Origin: a phage
Reading direction: 5' to 3' (one strand)
Length of the DNA stretch: 64,000 bases
Sequence record: PZ445521.1
Under the pieces are notes generated by a model. It had not been told where the DNA came from and searched no databases. It saw only the letters and a program-made list of their open reading frames with translations. The position numbers were made by a program, and so were the translations under genes. Positions 1-12,124 of the stretch are shown here, piece by piece. Each line of letters begins with the position of its first letter. The stretch's first letter is position 1.

Positions 1-32
1 AATATATTAAAGCATATTAAAGAGGATTAAAA

Positions 33-2012
33 ATGACTTTATTATCTCCGGGCATTGAGCTCAAAGAAACTACGGTTCAAAGCACCGTGGTTAATAACTC
101 TACTGGTACAGCAGCTTTGGCCGGTAAATTCCAGTGGGGTCCTGCTTTTCAGATTAAACAGGTTACAAATGAAGTAGATTTAGTTAATACTTTTGGTCAA
201 CCAACCGCTGAAACTGCTGACTATTTTATGTCTGCGATGAATTTCTTGCAGTACGGAAATGACTTACGAGTAGTTCGTGCTGTTGATAGAGATACCGCTA
301 AAAACTCATCTCCGATTGCTGGTAATATTGAATACACAATTTCTACCCCAGGTAGTAACTATGCAGTTGGAGATAAAATCACGGTCAAATATGTTTCAGA
401 TGATATTGAAACTGAAGGTAAAATTACTGAAGTAGACGCAGATGGAAAAATTAAGAAAATTAATATTCCTACTGCAAAAATTATCGCTAAAGCGAAAGAA
501 GTCGGTGAATATCCGGAATTAGGTTCTAACTGGACTGCGGAAATTTCTTCGTCTTCCTCTGGTTTAGCTGCAGTAATAACTCTTGGAAAAATTATTACTG
601 ATTCTGGTATTTTATTAGCTGAAATTGAAAATGCTGAAGCTGCTATGACAGCGGTTGACTTTCAAACAAATCTTAAAAAATACGGAATTCCAGGAGTAGT
701 AGCTCTTTATCCAGGCGAATTAGGCGATAAAATTGAAATTGAAATCGTATCTAAAGCTGACTACGCAAAAGGAGCTTCTGCATTACTCCCAATTTATCCA
801 GGTGGTGGTACTCGTGCATCTACTGCTAAAGCAGTGTTTGGATATGGACCACAAACTGATTCACAGTATGCTATTATAGTTCGTCGTAATGATGCTATTG
901 TTCAAAGCGTTGTTCTTTCAACTAAGCGTGGTGAAAAAGATATTTACGATAGTAACATCTATATCGATGACTTTTTCGCAAAAGGTGGTTCAGAATATAT
1001 TTTCGCAACTGCACAAAACTGGCCAGAAGGCTTCTCTGGAATTTTAACTCTGTCTGGTGGATTATCATCAAATGCTGAAGTAACAGCAGGAGATTTGATG
1101 GAAGCTTGGGACTTCTTTGCTGACCGTGAATCTGTTGACGTTCAACTGTTTATTGCGGGTTCTTGTGCCGGTGAATCTTTAGAAACAGCATCTACTGTCC
1201 AAAAACACGTCGTTTCAATCGGGGATGCTCGCCAAGATTGCTTAGTATTGTGCTCTCCTCCGCGTGAAACTGTAGTTGGAATTCCTGTAACTCGTGCAGT
1301 AGATAATTTAGTTAACTGGAGAACTGCAGCAGGTTCATACACTGATAATAACTTTAATATCAGTTCAACCTATGCAGCAATCGACGGCAACTACAAATAT
1401 CAGTATGACAAATATAATGATGTGAATCGTTGGGTTCCATTAGCAGCTGATATTGCTGGTTTATGCGCAAGAACTGATAACGTATCTCAGACTTGGATGT
1501 CTCCAGCTGGTTATAATCGTGGCCAAATTTTGAACGTTATTAAACTGGCTATTGAAACTCGCCAGGCTCAGCGCGACCGTTTATACCAAGAAGCTATCAA
1601 CCCAGTAACTGGTACAGGTGGCGATGGTTACGTATTGTATGGTGATAAAACAGCTACTTCTGTTCCTTCTCCGTTTGATCGTATTAACGTTCGTCGTCTG
1701 TTTAATATGTTGAAAACGAATATCGGACGTAGTTCAAAATATCGTTTGTTCGAATTAAACAACGCGTTTACTCGTTCATCATTCCGCACAGAAACTGCCC
1801 AGTACTTACAGGGAATTAAAGCTCTCGGTGGAATTTATGAATATCGTGTAGTTTGCGATACAACAAATAACACTCCGTCAGTAATTGATAGAAATGAGTT
1901 TGTTGCAACATTCTACATCCAACCGGCTAGAAGCATTAACTACATTACCTTAAACTTCGTAGCAACTGCTACTGGTGCAGATTTCGATGAGTTAACTGGT
2001 CTTGCAGGTTAA
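33..2012 (+). CDS. 18: tail sheath protein gp18
   Basis: 659 aa, same length as T4 gp18; recognised sequence; GAGGA RBS before ATG. Confidence 0.95.
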   Translation: MTLLSPGIELKETTVQSTVVNNSTGTAALAGKFQWGPAFQIKQVTNEVDLVNTFGQPTAETADYFMSAMNFLQYGNDLRVVRAVDRDTAKNSSPIAGNIEYTISTPGSNYAVGDKITVKYVSDDIETEGKITEVDADGKIKKINIPTAKIIAKAKEVGEYPELGSNWTAEISSSSSGLAAVITLGKIITDSGILLAEIENAEAAMTAVDFQTNLKKYGIPGVVALYPGELGDKIEIEIVSKADYAKGASALLPIYPGGGTRASTAKAVFGYGPQTDSQYAIIVRRNDAIVQSVVLSTKRGEKDIYDSNIYIDDFFAKGGSEYIFATAQNWPEGFSGILTLSGGLSSNAEVTAGDLMEAWDFFADRESVDVQLFIAGSCAGESLETASTVQKHVVSIGDARQDCLVLCSPPRETVVGIPVTRAVDNLVNWRTAAGSYTDNNFNISSTYAAIDGNYKYQYDKYNDVNRWVPLAADIAGLCARTDNVSQTWMSPAGYNRGQILNVIKLAIETRQAQRDRLYQEAINPVTGTGGDGYVLYGDKTATSVPSPFDRINVRRLFNMLKTNIGRSSKYRLFELNNAFTRSSFRTETAQYLQGIKALGGIYEYRVVCDTTNNTPSVIDRNEFVATFYIQPARSINYITLNFVATATGADFDELTGLAG

Positions 2013-2028
2013 TACGGTGCATTCTAAA

Positions 2029-2046
2029 GGCCTGTTTCGGCAGGCC
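2029..2046 (+). terminator. GC-rich hairpin after gene 18 (ggcctg..caggcc)
   Basis: inverted repeat read directly; no strong T tract. Confidence 0.4.
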
Positions 2047-2106
2047 ATATAAATACACTATATCCTTAATTCTTTAATTCTATATGCCCTAGGTTAAACA
2101 TAGGGA

Positions 2107-2114
2107 TATAAATA
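2107..2114 (+). promoter_or_regulatory. T4-type late promoter TATAAATA upstream of gene 19 (second copy at 2048-2055)
   Basis: exact TATAAATA 15 nt before ATG. Confidence 0.7.
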
Positions 2115-2128
2115 CTACAGAGGCTAAT

Positions 2129-2620
2129 ATGTTTGTAGATGATGTAACACGCGCGTTTGAATCGGGTGATTTTGCGCGACCTAACTTATTCCAAGTAGAA
2201 ATTTCTTATCTTGGACAAAATTTTACGTTTCAATGTAAAGCCACTGCTTTACCAGCTGGTATTGTAGAAAAAATTCCAGTCGGATTTATGAACCGTAAAA
2301 TTAACGTAGCAGGTGATCGTACATTCGATGACTGGACTGTTACAGTAATGAACGATGAGGCACATGATGCTCGCCAGAAGTTCGTTGATTGGCAAAGCAT
2401 TGCTGCGGGGCAAGGAAACGAAATTACTGGTGGAAAACCTGCCGAGTATAAAAAGAGCGCTATCGTTCGTCAATATGCTCGTGACGCTAAAACAGTAACA
2501 AAAGAAATTGAAATTAAAGGTCTGTGGCCTACTAACGTGGGTGAACTTCAATTAGATTGGGATTCAAACAATGAAATCCAAACCTTTGAAGTAACTCTTG
2601 CTCTCGATTATTGGGAATAA
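2129..2620 (+). CDS. 19: tail tube protein gp19
   Basis: 163 aa, same as T4 gp19; follows gene 18. Confidence 0.95.
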   Translation: MFVDDVTRAFESGDFARPNLFQVEISYLGQNFTFQCKATALPAGIVEKIPVGFMNRKINVAGDRTFDDWTVTVMNDEAHDARQKFVDWQSIAAGQGNEITGGKPAEYKKSAIVRQYARDAKTVTKEIEIKGLWPTNVGELQLDWDSNNEIQTFEVTLALDYWE

Positions 2621-2652
2621 AATGAATGGGGAGAAATCCCCATCCTGCTTAA

Positions 2653-4277
<1,625 letters not shown>

Positions 4278-4278
<1 letters not shown>

Positions 4279-4517
4279 TGGAAGGTTTAATTGAAGCTAT
4301 TAAATCAAACGACCTCGTAGCCGCTCGTAAATTATTTGCTGAAGCCATGGCTGCAAGAACGATTGATTTAATTAAAGAAGAAAAAATCGCTATCGCTCGT
4401 AATTTCTTAATCGAAGGTGAAGAACCTGATGACGAGGATGATGACGAAGACGAAGATAGTGATGATAAAGACGACAAAAAAGACGAAGACTCTGACGAAG
4501 ACGAGGATGATGAATAA
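4278..4517 (+). CDS. 67: prohead core protein gp67 with acidic C-terminal tail
   Basis: 79 aa, D/E-rich tail; position between 20 and 68 as in T4. Confidence 0.85.
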
Positions 4518-4942
4518 TGCTTCTGATCCCTGAAACTCATGAATTAGTTCTCGAGAATGTCGAAGCACTTATTCCTGAAGCACAGGGTCGCTTTGACGAA
4601 TTGTCTTCTGCTTTAAATAAAGACGATATAAATACAATTGTCGAGAATATGCTTGATGATGAAACTGATTTAGCGGTTGCATTAGCTTCTATTAATGAAA
4701 ATATGCCGTTAAATGAATTCATCGTTAAACATGTTTCTGCCCGTGGTGAAATTACTCGCACTAAAGACCGCAAAACGCGTGAACGTAATGCATTTCAAAC
4801 CACTGGGCTGTCTAAAGCAAAACGTAGACAAATTGCTCGTAAAGCTACCAAAACGAAGATTGCCAATCCAGCAGGTCAATCTCGTGCTCAGCGTAAGCGT
4901 AAAAAAGCTCTTAAACGCCGTAAAGCATTAGGATTAAGCTAA
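4517..4942 (+). CDS. 68: prohead core protein gp68
   Basis: 141 aa; start overlaps gp67 stop; synteny. Confidence 0.85.
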
Positions 4943-5580
4943 TGAATGAACCCCAATTACTAATTGAAACTTGGGGTCAACCTGGCGAAATTATTGATGG
5001 CGTGCCAATGCTTGAATCTCACGATGGAAAAGACTTAGGTTTAAAACCGGGTTTATACATCGAAGGAATATTCATGCAAGCGGAAGTCGTCAATAGAAAT
5101 AAACGTCTTTATCCAAAACGTATATTAGAAAAAGCGGTAAAAGACTATATTAATGAGCAAGTTTTAACTAAACAAGCTCTCGGAGAATTAAATCATCCTC
5201 CACGCGCTAATGTTGACCCGATGCAAGCCGCTATCATTATAGAAGATATGTGGTGGAAAGGAAATGACGTATACGGACGAGCTCGTGTTATTGAAGGTGA
5301 CCATGGTCCTGGAGATAAATTAGCAGCTAATATTCGTGCCGGATGGATTCCAGGAGTTTCTTCTCGTGGATTAGGTTCATTGACTGACACAAATAAAGGT
5401 TATCGTATCGTAAACGAAGGATTCAAATTAACTGTAGGTGTTGATGCAGTATGGGGTCCAAGTGCTCCAGATGCATGGGTAACTCCTAAGGAAATTACCG
5501 AATCACAGACGGCGGAAGCCGATACAAGTGCCGATGACGCCTATATGGCTCTCGCAGAGGCCATGAAAAAAGCGTTATAA
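4942..5580 (+). CDS. 21: prohead core scaffold protein and protease gp21
   Basis: 212 aa as in T4 gp21; synteny. Confidence 0.92.
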   Translation: MNEPQLLIETWGQPGEIIDGVPMLESHDGKDLGLKPGLYIEGIFMQAEVVNRNKRLYPKRILEKAVKDYINEQVLTKQALGELNHPPRANVDPMQAAIIIEDMWWKGNDVYGRARVIEGDHGPGDKLAANIRAGWIPGVSSRGLGSLTDTNKGYRIVNEGFKLTVGVDAVWGPSAPDAWVTPKEITESQTAEADTSADDAYMALAEAMKKAL

Positions 5581-5583
5581 ATA
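5576..5583 (+). promoter_or_regulatory. late promoter TATAAATA upstream of gene 22
   Basis: exact TATAAATA about 27 nt before ATG. Confidence 0.6.
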
Positions 5584-5610
5584 TTATTATCTAAACAACA
5601 GGACTACAAA

Positions 5611-6420
5611 ATGCTTAAAGAACAACTGATTGCCGAAGCGCAGAAAATTGATGCTTCCGTTGCTCTTGATAGTATTTTCGAATCAGTTAATATTTCTCCG
5701 GAAGCAAAAGAAACTTTCGGCACTGTATTCGAAGCTACCGTCAAGCAGCACGCCGTTAAATTAGCTGAATCTCATATCGCTAAAATTGCTGAAAAAGCAG
5801 AAGAAGAAGTAGAAAAAAATAAAGAAGAAGCCGAAGAAAAAGCTGAGAAGAAAATCGCTGAGCAAGCTTCTAAATTCATTGACCATCTTGCAAAAGAATG
5901 GCTCGCTGAAAATAAATTAGCAGTTGATAAAGGCATCAAAGCCGAACTGTTTGAATCCATGCTTGGTGGATTAAAAGAGCTCTTTGTTGAACACAACGTT
6001 GTTGTTCCAGAAGAATCGGTTGATGTTGTAGCTGAAATGGAAGAAGAGCTGCAAGAACATAAAGAAGAATCAGCTCGTCTGTTCGAAGAACTCAATAAGC
6101 GTGACGCATATATCAATTATGTGCAGCGTGAAGTGGCATTGAGCGAAAGTACTAAAGATCTGACTGAGTCTCAAAAAGAAAAAGTCTCTGCTCTGGTCGA
6201 AGGTATGGATTATTCAGATGCATTCTCAAGTAAATTGAGTGCAATCGTAGAAATGGTGAAGAAATCTAATAAAGATGAAAGCACTATTACTGAGAGTATA
6301 AATACTCCTGATACTGAAGCAGCCGGACTGAATTTCGTCACTGAAGCTGTAGAAGATAAAGCTGCACAGGGTGCAGAAGATATTGTAAGTGTATATGCGA
6401 AAGTCGCATCTCGTTTCTAA
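5611..6420 (+). CDS. 22: prohead scaffold protein gp22
   Basis: 269 aa, acidic coiled-coil-like; synteny. Confidence 0.92.
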   Translation: MLKEQLIAEAQKIDASVALDSIFESVNISPEAKETFGTVFEATVKQHAVKLAESHIAKIAEKAEEEVEKNKEEAEEKAEKKIAEQASKFIDHLAKEWLAENKLAVDKGIKAELFESMLGGLKELFVEHNVVVPEESVDVVAEMEEELQEHKEESARLFEELNKRDAYINYVQREVALSESTKDLTESQKEKVSALVEGMDYSDAFSSKLSAIVEMVKKSNKDESTITESINTPDTEAAGLNFVTEAVEDKAAQGAEDIVSVYAKVASRF

Positions 6421-6438
6421 TTTTAAAGGTTAACACAA

Positions 6439-8004
6439 ATGACTATCAAAACTAAAGCTGAACTTTTGAACAAATGGAAGCCATTACTGGAAGGTGAAGG
6501 TTTACCGGAAATTGCTAATAGCAAACAAGCGATTATCGCTAAAATCTTTGAAAACCAGGAAAAAGATTTCCAGACAGCTCCAGAATATAAAGACGAAAAA
6601 ATTGCTCAGGCATTTGGTTCTTTCTTAACAGAAGCTGAAATCGGTGGTGACCACGGTTACAATGCTACCAACATCGCTGCAGGTCAGACTTCTGGCGCAG
6701 TAACTCAGATTGGCCCAGCTGTTATGGGTATGGTACGTCGTGCTATTCCTAACCTGATTGCTTTCGATATTTGTGGTGTTCAGCCGATGAACAGCCCAAC
6801 CGGTCAGGTATTCGCACTCCGCGCGGTATATGGTAAAGATCCGATCGCTGCCGGTGCTAAAGAAGCATTCCACCCAATGTATGGTCCAGATGCAATGTTC
6901 TCTGGTCAGGGTGCTGCTAAGAAATTCCCAGCTCTGGCTGCTAGCACGCAAACTACAGTAGGTGATATCTATACTCACTTCTTCCAGGACACTGGTACTG
7001 TGTATCTGCAAGCTTCTGCTCAAGTAACAATTAGTTCTACTGCAGATGATGCAGCTAAATTAGATGCTGAAATTAAGAAACAAATGGAAGCTGGTGTACT
7101 GGTAGAAATCGCAGAAGGTATGGCTACTTCTATCGCTGAACTTCAGGAAGGTTTCAACGGTTCTACCGATAACCCATGGAATGAAATGGGCTTCCGTATC
7201 GATAAACAAGTTATCGAAGCTAAATCTCGCCAGCTGAAAGCTGCTTACTCTATCGAATTAGCACAAGACCTCCGCGCTGTTCACGGTATGGATGCTGATG
7301 CTGAACTGTCTGGTATTCTGGCTACCGAAATCATGCTGGAAATCAACCGTGAAGTTGTTGATTGGATTAACTACTCAGCTCAGGTTGGTAAATCTGGTAT
7401 GACCCTGACTCCGGGTTCTAAAGCTGGTGTATTTGACTTCCAGGATCCGATTGATATTCGTGGTGCTCGCTGGGCGGGTGAATCCTTTAAAGCTCTGTTG
7501 TTCCAGATTGACAAAGAAGCAGTTGAAATTGCTCGTCAGACCGGTCGTGGTGAAGGTAACTTCATTATCGCTTCCCGTAACGTAGTTAACGTACTGGCTT
7601 CTGTTGATACTGGCATTTCTTATGCTGCTCAAGGTTTGGCAACCGGTTTTAATACTGATACTACTAAGTCAGTATTTGCAGGTGTTCTGGGTGGTAAATA
7701 CCGTGTATATATCGACCAGTATGCTAAACAGGATTATTTCACTGTAGGTTATAAAGGTCCGAACGAAATGGATGCTGGTATTTACTATGCTCCATATGTA
7801 GCTCTGACTCCGCTGCGTGGTTCCGATCCGAAGAACTTCCAACCAGTAATGGGATTCAAAACTCGTTACGGTATCGGTATCAACCCATTTGCAGAATCCG
7901 CTGCTCAGGCTCCGGCTTCTCGCATTCAGAGTGGTATGCCTTCTATCCTGAACAGCCTTGGTAAGAACGCTTACTTCCGCCGTGTATATGTTAAAGGTAT
8001 CTAA
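6439..8004 (+). CDS. 23: major capsid protein gp23
   Basis: 521 aa; recognised T4 gp23. Confidence 0.96.
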   Translation: MTIKTKAELLNKWKPLLEGEGLPEIANSKQAIIAKIFENQEKDFQTAPEYKDEKIAQAFGSFLTEAEIGGDHGYNATNIAAGQTSGAVTQIGPAVMGMVRRAIPNLIAFDICGVQPMNSPTGQVFALRAVYGKDPIAAGAKEAFHPMYGPDAMFSGQGAAKKFPALAASTQTTVGDIYTHFFQDTGTVYLQASAQVTISSTADDAAKLDAEIKKQMEAGVLVEIAEGMATSIAELQEGFNGSTDNPWNEMGFRIDKQVIEAKSRQLKAAYSIELAQDLRAVHGMDADAELSGILATEIMLEINREVVDWINYSAQVGKSGMTLTPGSKAGVFDFQDPIDIRGARWAGESFKALLFQIDKEAVEIARQTGRGEGNFIIASRNVVNVLASVDTGISYAAQGLATGFNTDTTKSVFAGVLGGKYRVYIDQYAKQDYFTVGYKGPNEMDAGIYYAPYVALTPLRGSDPKNFQPVMGFKTRYGIGINPFAESAAQAPASRIQSGMPSILNSLGKNAYFRRVYVKGI

Positions 8005-8017
8005 TCTTTGACGATTT

Positions 8018-8046
8018 AAGGGACCTTCGGGTCCCTTTAGTTGTTT
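8018..8046 (+). terminator. rho-independent terminator after gene 23
   Basis: hairpin aagggaccttcgggtccctt followed by T-rich tract. Confidence 0.75.
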
Positions 8047-8052
8047 TTATGG

Positions 8053-8060
8053 TATAAATA
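8053..8060 (+). promoter_or_regulatory. late promoter TATAAATA upstream of gene 24
   Basis: exact TATAAATA about 27 nt before ATG. Confidence 0.65.
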
Positions 8061-8087
8061 AATCATATAAACTGAAAGGAAAGCGCA

Positions 8088-9371
8088 ATGGCTAAAATCA
8101 ACGAACTTCTGCGCGAATCAACCACAACGAATAGCAACTCAATCGGTCGCCCAAATCTCGTTGCTTTGACTCGCGCTACCACTAAATTAATATATTCTGA
8201 CATTGTAGCAACGCAAAGAACTAATCAACCTGTTGCTGCTTTTTATGGTATCAAATACCTTAACCCAGACAATGAATTTACATTTAAAACTGGTGCTACT
8301 TACGCTGGCGAAGCTGGATATGTAGACCGAGAACAAATCACAGAATTGACAGAAGAGTCTAAATTAACTCTCAATAAAGGCGATTTATTCAAATATAATA
8401 ATATCGTTTATAAAGTATTAGAAGATACTCCATTTGCTGATATTGAAGAAAGCGATTTAGAATTAGCTCTTCAGATTGCAATTGTTCTTTTAAAGGTTCG
8501 TCTATTTTCTGACGCAGCATCAACAAGCAAATTTGAAAGCTCTGATAGTGAAATTGCGGATGCTAGATTCCAGATTAATAAATGGCAAACCGCAGTTAAA
8601 TCTCGTAAACTTAAAACTGGCATCACAGTTGAATTAGCACAAGATTTAGAAGCAAATGGATTCGATGCTCCTAATTTCTTGGAAGATTTGCTTGCAACTG
8701 AAATGGCAGATGAAATCAATAAAGATATTCTGCAGTCTTTAATTACAGTGTCAAAACGCTATAAAGTTACAGGAATTACTGATAGTGGATTCATCGATTT
8801 GAGTTATGCATCTGCACCTGAAGCGGGTCGTTCATTATATCGAATGGTATGTGAAATGGTTTCACATATCCAAAAAGAATCAACTTATACAGCAACATTT
8901 TGTGTAGCTTCAGCTCGTGCTGCTGCGATTCTTGCTGCATCAGGTTGGTTAAAACATAAACCGGAAGATGATAAATATCTTTCACAAAATGCCTACGGGT
9001 TCTTAGCTAATGGTTTACCGCTTTATTGCGATACTAACAGCCCATTAGATTATGTAATCGTTGGTGTAGTAGAAAATATCGGTGAAAAAGAAATTGTTGG
9101 ATCAATTTTCTATGCTCCGTATACAGAAGGTCTCGACTTAGATGACCCTGAACATGTAGGTGCATTTAAAGTTGTTGTTGATCCAGAAAGCTTACAGCCG
9201 TCTATCGGTTTATTAGTTAGATATGCTTTATCAGCAAATCCTTATACCGTAGCAAAAGATGAAAAAGAAGCAAGAATAATTGACGGTGGAGACATGGATA
9301 AAATGGCTGGTCGTTCAGATTTGTCTGTTTTATTAGGTGTTAAATTACCAAAAATTATTATTGATGAATAA
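8088..9371 (+). CDS. 24: capsid vertex protein gp24
   Basis: 427 aa; gp23 paralog; synteny. Confidence 0.93.
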   Translation: MAKINELLRESTTTNSNSIGRPNLVALTRATTKLIYSDIVATQRTNQPVAAFYGIKYLNPDNEFTFKTGATYAGEAGYVDREQITELTEESKLTLNKGDLFKYNNIVYKVLEDTPFADIEESDLELALQIAIVLLKVRLFSDAASTSKFESSDSEIADARFQINKWQTAVKSRKLKTGITVELAQDLEANGFDAPNFLEDLLATEMADEINKDILQSLITVSKRYKVTGITDSGFIDLSYASAPEAGRSLYRMVCEMVSHIQKESTYTATFCVASARAAAILAASGWLKHKPEDDKYLSQNAYGFLANGLPLYCDTNSPLDYVIVGVVENIGEKEIVGSIFYAPYTEGLDLDDPEHVGAFKVVVDPESLQPSIGLLVRYALSANPYTVAKDEKEARIIDGGDMDKMAGRSDLSVLLGVKLPKIIIDE

Positions 9372-9374
9372 AGC

Positions 9375-9398
9375 AAAGGGACCTTTCGGTCCCTTTTT
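9375..9398. terminator. bidirectional terminator between gene 24 (+) and rnlB (-)
   Basis: hairpin aaagggacctttcggtccctttt with A/T runs on both sides. Confidence 0.7.
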
Positions 9399-9400
9399 AT

Positions 9401-10405
9401 TTAGCTCACCAACTCAATCCAAGCTGGACGAAGTACATCTTGTACCATTTTAACTAATTCCTTCTTAATCAAAGAAGGATTATCTGCTTGAGTTAGAGTA
9501 ATACCTTCACGAGAAGTTTCTTCCAAAATATCTTGAACAGTTAGCCCCATCACCTTTCCAAAATCCTTTGGACCAATTTCGCCAATTTTAGAAATAACGT
9601 TATTTACCCGGTTCAGTGTAACGTAACAAGCTAAAATTCCCACCAATTTGTTATCAGCTTCTGATAGTTCAACTTTAGCTTTAATAGGCTTATCAGACTT
9701 TTTCTTTTCACTAAATTTGGAATTCTTGCATTTAATCGCTACACGATTGCGATTAGGCAGCCAAGAAGGATAACAAGGTTTCAATACATATCCTTCAGCG
9801 GTAAATACTTCGCCTTTTGCTTCGGCATTCCAAACGCATTTATTTGCATCAACTAATCCAGCATGGTCTACTGTAAAATTATAATCTTGGACGACAGAAT
9901 CTAAATCATTTGGCAATTTAATAAGCTCTTCAAATTTACCGCGACCTAAAAGTGGAGCCATTTTAAATTTAAATGTATTGCAGAATGATTCCATCATATA
10001 ATCGTCGACATAAGTCACATCGCCACTTTCTGTAGTGACAATAATGTCAAATACATAAAAATCTTTATCACCATAATCGACATTCTTCTGAATGCCAGGT
10101 CCAGCGAATTCGCCAAAGACTTGATAAGATACAACCGCTGAGGTTTCCATAATATCTTGTACTGCTTTAATGGAATCAGCGTAATTCTTTAAAATAATTT
10201 CATACCCAAAGAAATCTTCAGCAGGAAGAATAGGACCAGTACGTTTAGCGCAAGTTACTTTATCACGCTCAATAATCAATGAGAAATTTGTGCCGTGAAT
10301 CTTTTCACGAGCTACCCACTCCCCACCAGTCAATCCTAAGCTATAAAGTTTTTCAATAAATTTAGAGTTGTAATGATTTTCAAGACTGCTATACTTTTTA
10401 AACAT
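9401..10405 (-). CDS. rnlB: RNA ligase 2
   Basis: 334 aa as T4 Rnl2; nucleotidyltransferase Lys motif KIHGTN. Confidence 0.92.
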   Translation of the reverse strand: MFKKYSSLENHYNSKFIEKLYSLGLTGGEWVAREKIHGTNFSLIIERDKVTCAKRTGPILPAEDFFGYEIILKNYADSIKAVQDIMETSAVVSYQVFGEFAGPGIQKNVDYGDKDFYVFDIIVTTESGDVTYVDDYMMESFCNTFKFKMAPLLGRGKFEELIKLPNDLDSVVQDYNFTVDHAGLVDANKCVWNAEAKGEVFTAEGYVLKPCYPSWLPNRNRVAIKCKNSKFSEKKKSDKPIKAKVELSEADNKLVGILACYVTLNRVNNVISKIGEIGPKDFGKVMGLTVQDILEETSREGITLTQADNPSLIKKELVKMVQDVLRPAWIELVS

Positions 10406-10414
10406 AATTAATCC

Positions 10415-10693
10415 TCAAAATGTAATTTCTAACCAATCACCATCACGCTGATCACTATTAACTTTAAAGATGAATCCTTCTTTTCTCAGCCAATCACCAA
10501 TTTCTTCAGTAATCAATTTATCACGAGCAGTACAATAATAACTAAAATATGTTTTACCTTGTTCAGCTGCTTTATTAGCAAGTTCCGAAAAATCTTTAAT
10601 AAAACACTCTAGTTTAAACTGTTTGCTTTTAAGTGCTTTTTCGCGTAATCGATTAGCAAAAGATTCATTTTCATAAAGATCATACTGTTCCAT
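10415..10693 (-). CDS. hypothetical protein (position of T4 24.2)
   Basis: 92 aa ORF; synteny only. Confidence 0.6.
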   Translation of the reverse strand: MEQYDLYENESFANRLREKALKSKQFKLECFIKDFSELANKAAEQGKTYFSYYCTARDKLITEEIGDWLRKEGFIFKVNSDQRDGDWLEITF

Positions 10694-10895
10694 TTTTCAC
10701 CTTTTTATTGATATGTCTTTTTCTATAGACAACTTTTTCTCGAGTTTCAAATTTATTCTTAGCAGTCATAGCTCGAGCCCATAATACAGCCACTTCTTTT
10801 GCCTGTAAGTTCAATTCACGAGCAATTTCAATGAATGACTTTCCAGACTCATGAAGAGTAAACACCACAACCTCAGTTCTCATAATCAATCTCAT
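10680..10895 (-). CDS. hypothetical small protein with HTH-like segment (position of T4 24.3)
   Basis: 71 aa; segment SFIEIARELNLQAKEVAVLWARA resembles a helix-turn-helix. Confidence 0.5.
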   Translation of the reverse strand: MRLIMRTEVVVFTLHESGKSFIEIARELNLQAKEVAVLWARAMTAKNKFETREKVVYRKRHINKKVKNGTV

Positions 10896-10962
10896 GTTAT
10901 CGAGTTGGTGCCATTATATACACCATTTTCTGATTGTGTTTTGTGTGCTTTCAAAATGAAAA

Positions 10963-10980
10963 AAGGGGCCGAAGCCCCTT
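10963..10980 (-). terminator. rho-independent terminator after hoc
   Basis: hairpin aaggggccgaagcccctt, T tract on minus strand. Confidence 0.7.
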
Positions 10981-10984
10981 ACGA

Positions 10985-12115
10985 TTATGGATAGGTATAG
11001 ATGATACCAGTTTCTAAAGCAGTTTTATGAATGATGTATCCATTACGCGATTCTTGGACATCAACTTCTGGATAGTCTTTCATCATCTTCTGAAGAGTGT
11101 AACGATGCAGGTAGTATTTACTATCTGGATCTTCAGTTTTCCAATCTTTACCTTCTTCAGTCATTTTTTGAATTTCATCCATAACCCACCAACCGCACCA
11201 GATGTAAGCTGAAGTACGATGTGGAAGAGGATGAACATAAGGCAATTCACCTTCTGGTTCTGGAGCAACTTTATCAGTCACTTGAACTTGACCTTCCGCC
11301 GTAATAGTTTTGCTATCATAATCAGCAGCAGTAACAGTTGCAGTAACTTCAATAGTTTGACTTCCAATAGATGAGGTATCAACGGTATATACATTAGTTG
11401 ACCCTTCTACAGGAGAAGAATCTTTCTTCCATGAATACGCAATTTGCGCTTCTTCTGGAGCATCAGTGACATTAGCAGTAAATGTAGCCGAAGCATCTTG
11501 CTGAACGTTAATAGAAGGAGGAGTCAATGTAACCTGTGGATTCATTGTCTTCTTATTAACCGTTAATGATACTTCGTTAGAAGTAACGCTTAGTGCGTCA
11601 TAATCTGTTGCGGTTACTTGAGCCACACACTTAATTGTTTTAACTCCGCTTGTGGTAGGAGTGTAATTGAATGTAGCAGAAGTTGCTTCGCCCACAGGAG
11701 AACCGTCAACGTACCATTGATACGTAGCAGATGCACCTGGTGGCTGCGAAGCTAAGGCAGCGGTAAATTCAATAGCTGTTCCGATTACTCCAGCGTCAGG
11801 GCTATTAGGAGTTACAGCTAAGGTGGTCGTTTGTGTCTTATTTTGAACTGTGATAGTTGTAGTAGCTTCTGCTGTTTCAGCATCAGTATCTGGGACTGGG
11901 TTTGTTGCAACTACTTTAATAGTCTTTTGACCGGCAGGTCCTTTTAATACATAATTAAAAGTTGCTTCAGCTCCATCTTGTGGAACATCATCTACAGTCC
12001 AAGCATATGTAATAGGTCCATCTCCAGTTTGACCACTGGGTGTAGCAGTAAACTGCTTAGTTTCATCAATAACCCCTGTCGGTGTTTTAGGAGTTATATC
12101 AACTGTAAAAGCCAT
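10985..12115 (-). CDS. hoc: highly immunogenic outer capsid protein Hoc (Ig-like repeats)
   Basis: 376 aa as T4 Hoc; repeated T/V-rich beta-strand domains. Confidence 0.9.
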   Translation of the reverse strand: MAFTVDITPKTPTGVIDETKQFTATPSGQTGDGPITYAWTVDDVPQDGAEATFNYVLKGPAGQKTIKVVATNPVPDTDAETAEATTTITVQNKTQTTTLAVTPNSPDAGVIGTAIEFTAALASQPPGASATYQWYVDGSPVGEATSATFNYTPTTSGVKTIKCVAQVTATDYDALSVTSNEVSLTVNKKTMNPQVTLTPPSINVQQDASATFTANVTDAPEEAQIAYSWKKDSSPVEGSTNVYTVDTSSIGSQTIEVTATVTAADYDSKTITAEGQVQVTDKVAPEPEGELPYVHPLPHRTSAYIWCGWWVMDEIQKMTEEGKDWKTEDPDSKYYLHRYTLQKMMKDYPEVDVQESRNGYIIHKTALETGIIYTYP

Positions 12116-12124
12116 AAGTTATCC

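Noticed and set aside
1142-1342. Short antisense or alternate-frame ORFs inside large structural genes (for example 1142-1342, 2249-2551, 5772-6116, 6625-7023, 7375-7632, 8471-8719, 53412-53654, 59664-59897, 60071-60325)
   Set aside because: They lie fully within well-supported long genes on the other strand or frame and have no start context of their own, so I treat them as chance ORFs.
10985-12115. Internal repeats in hoc as possible recent tandem duplication
   Set aside because: They correspond to the Ig-like domains of Hoc and are divergent at DNA level; this is a normal feature of the gene.
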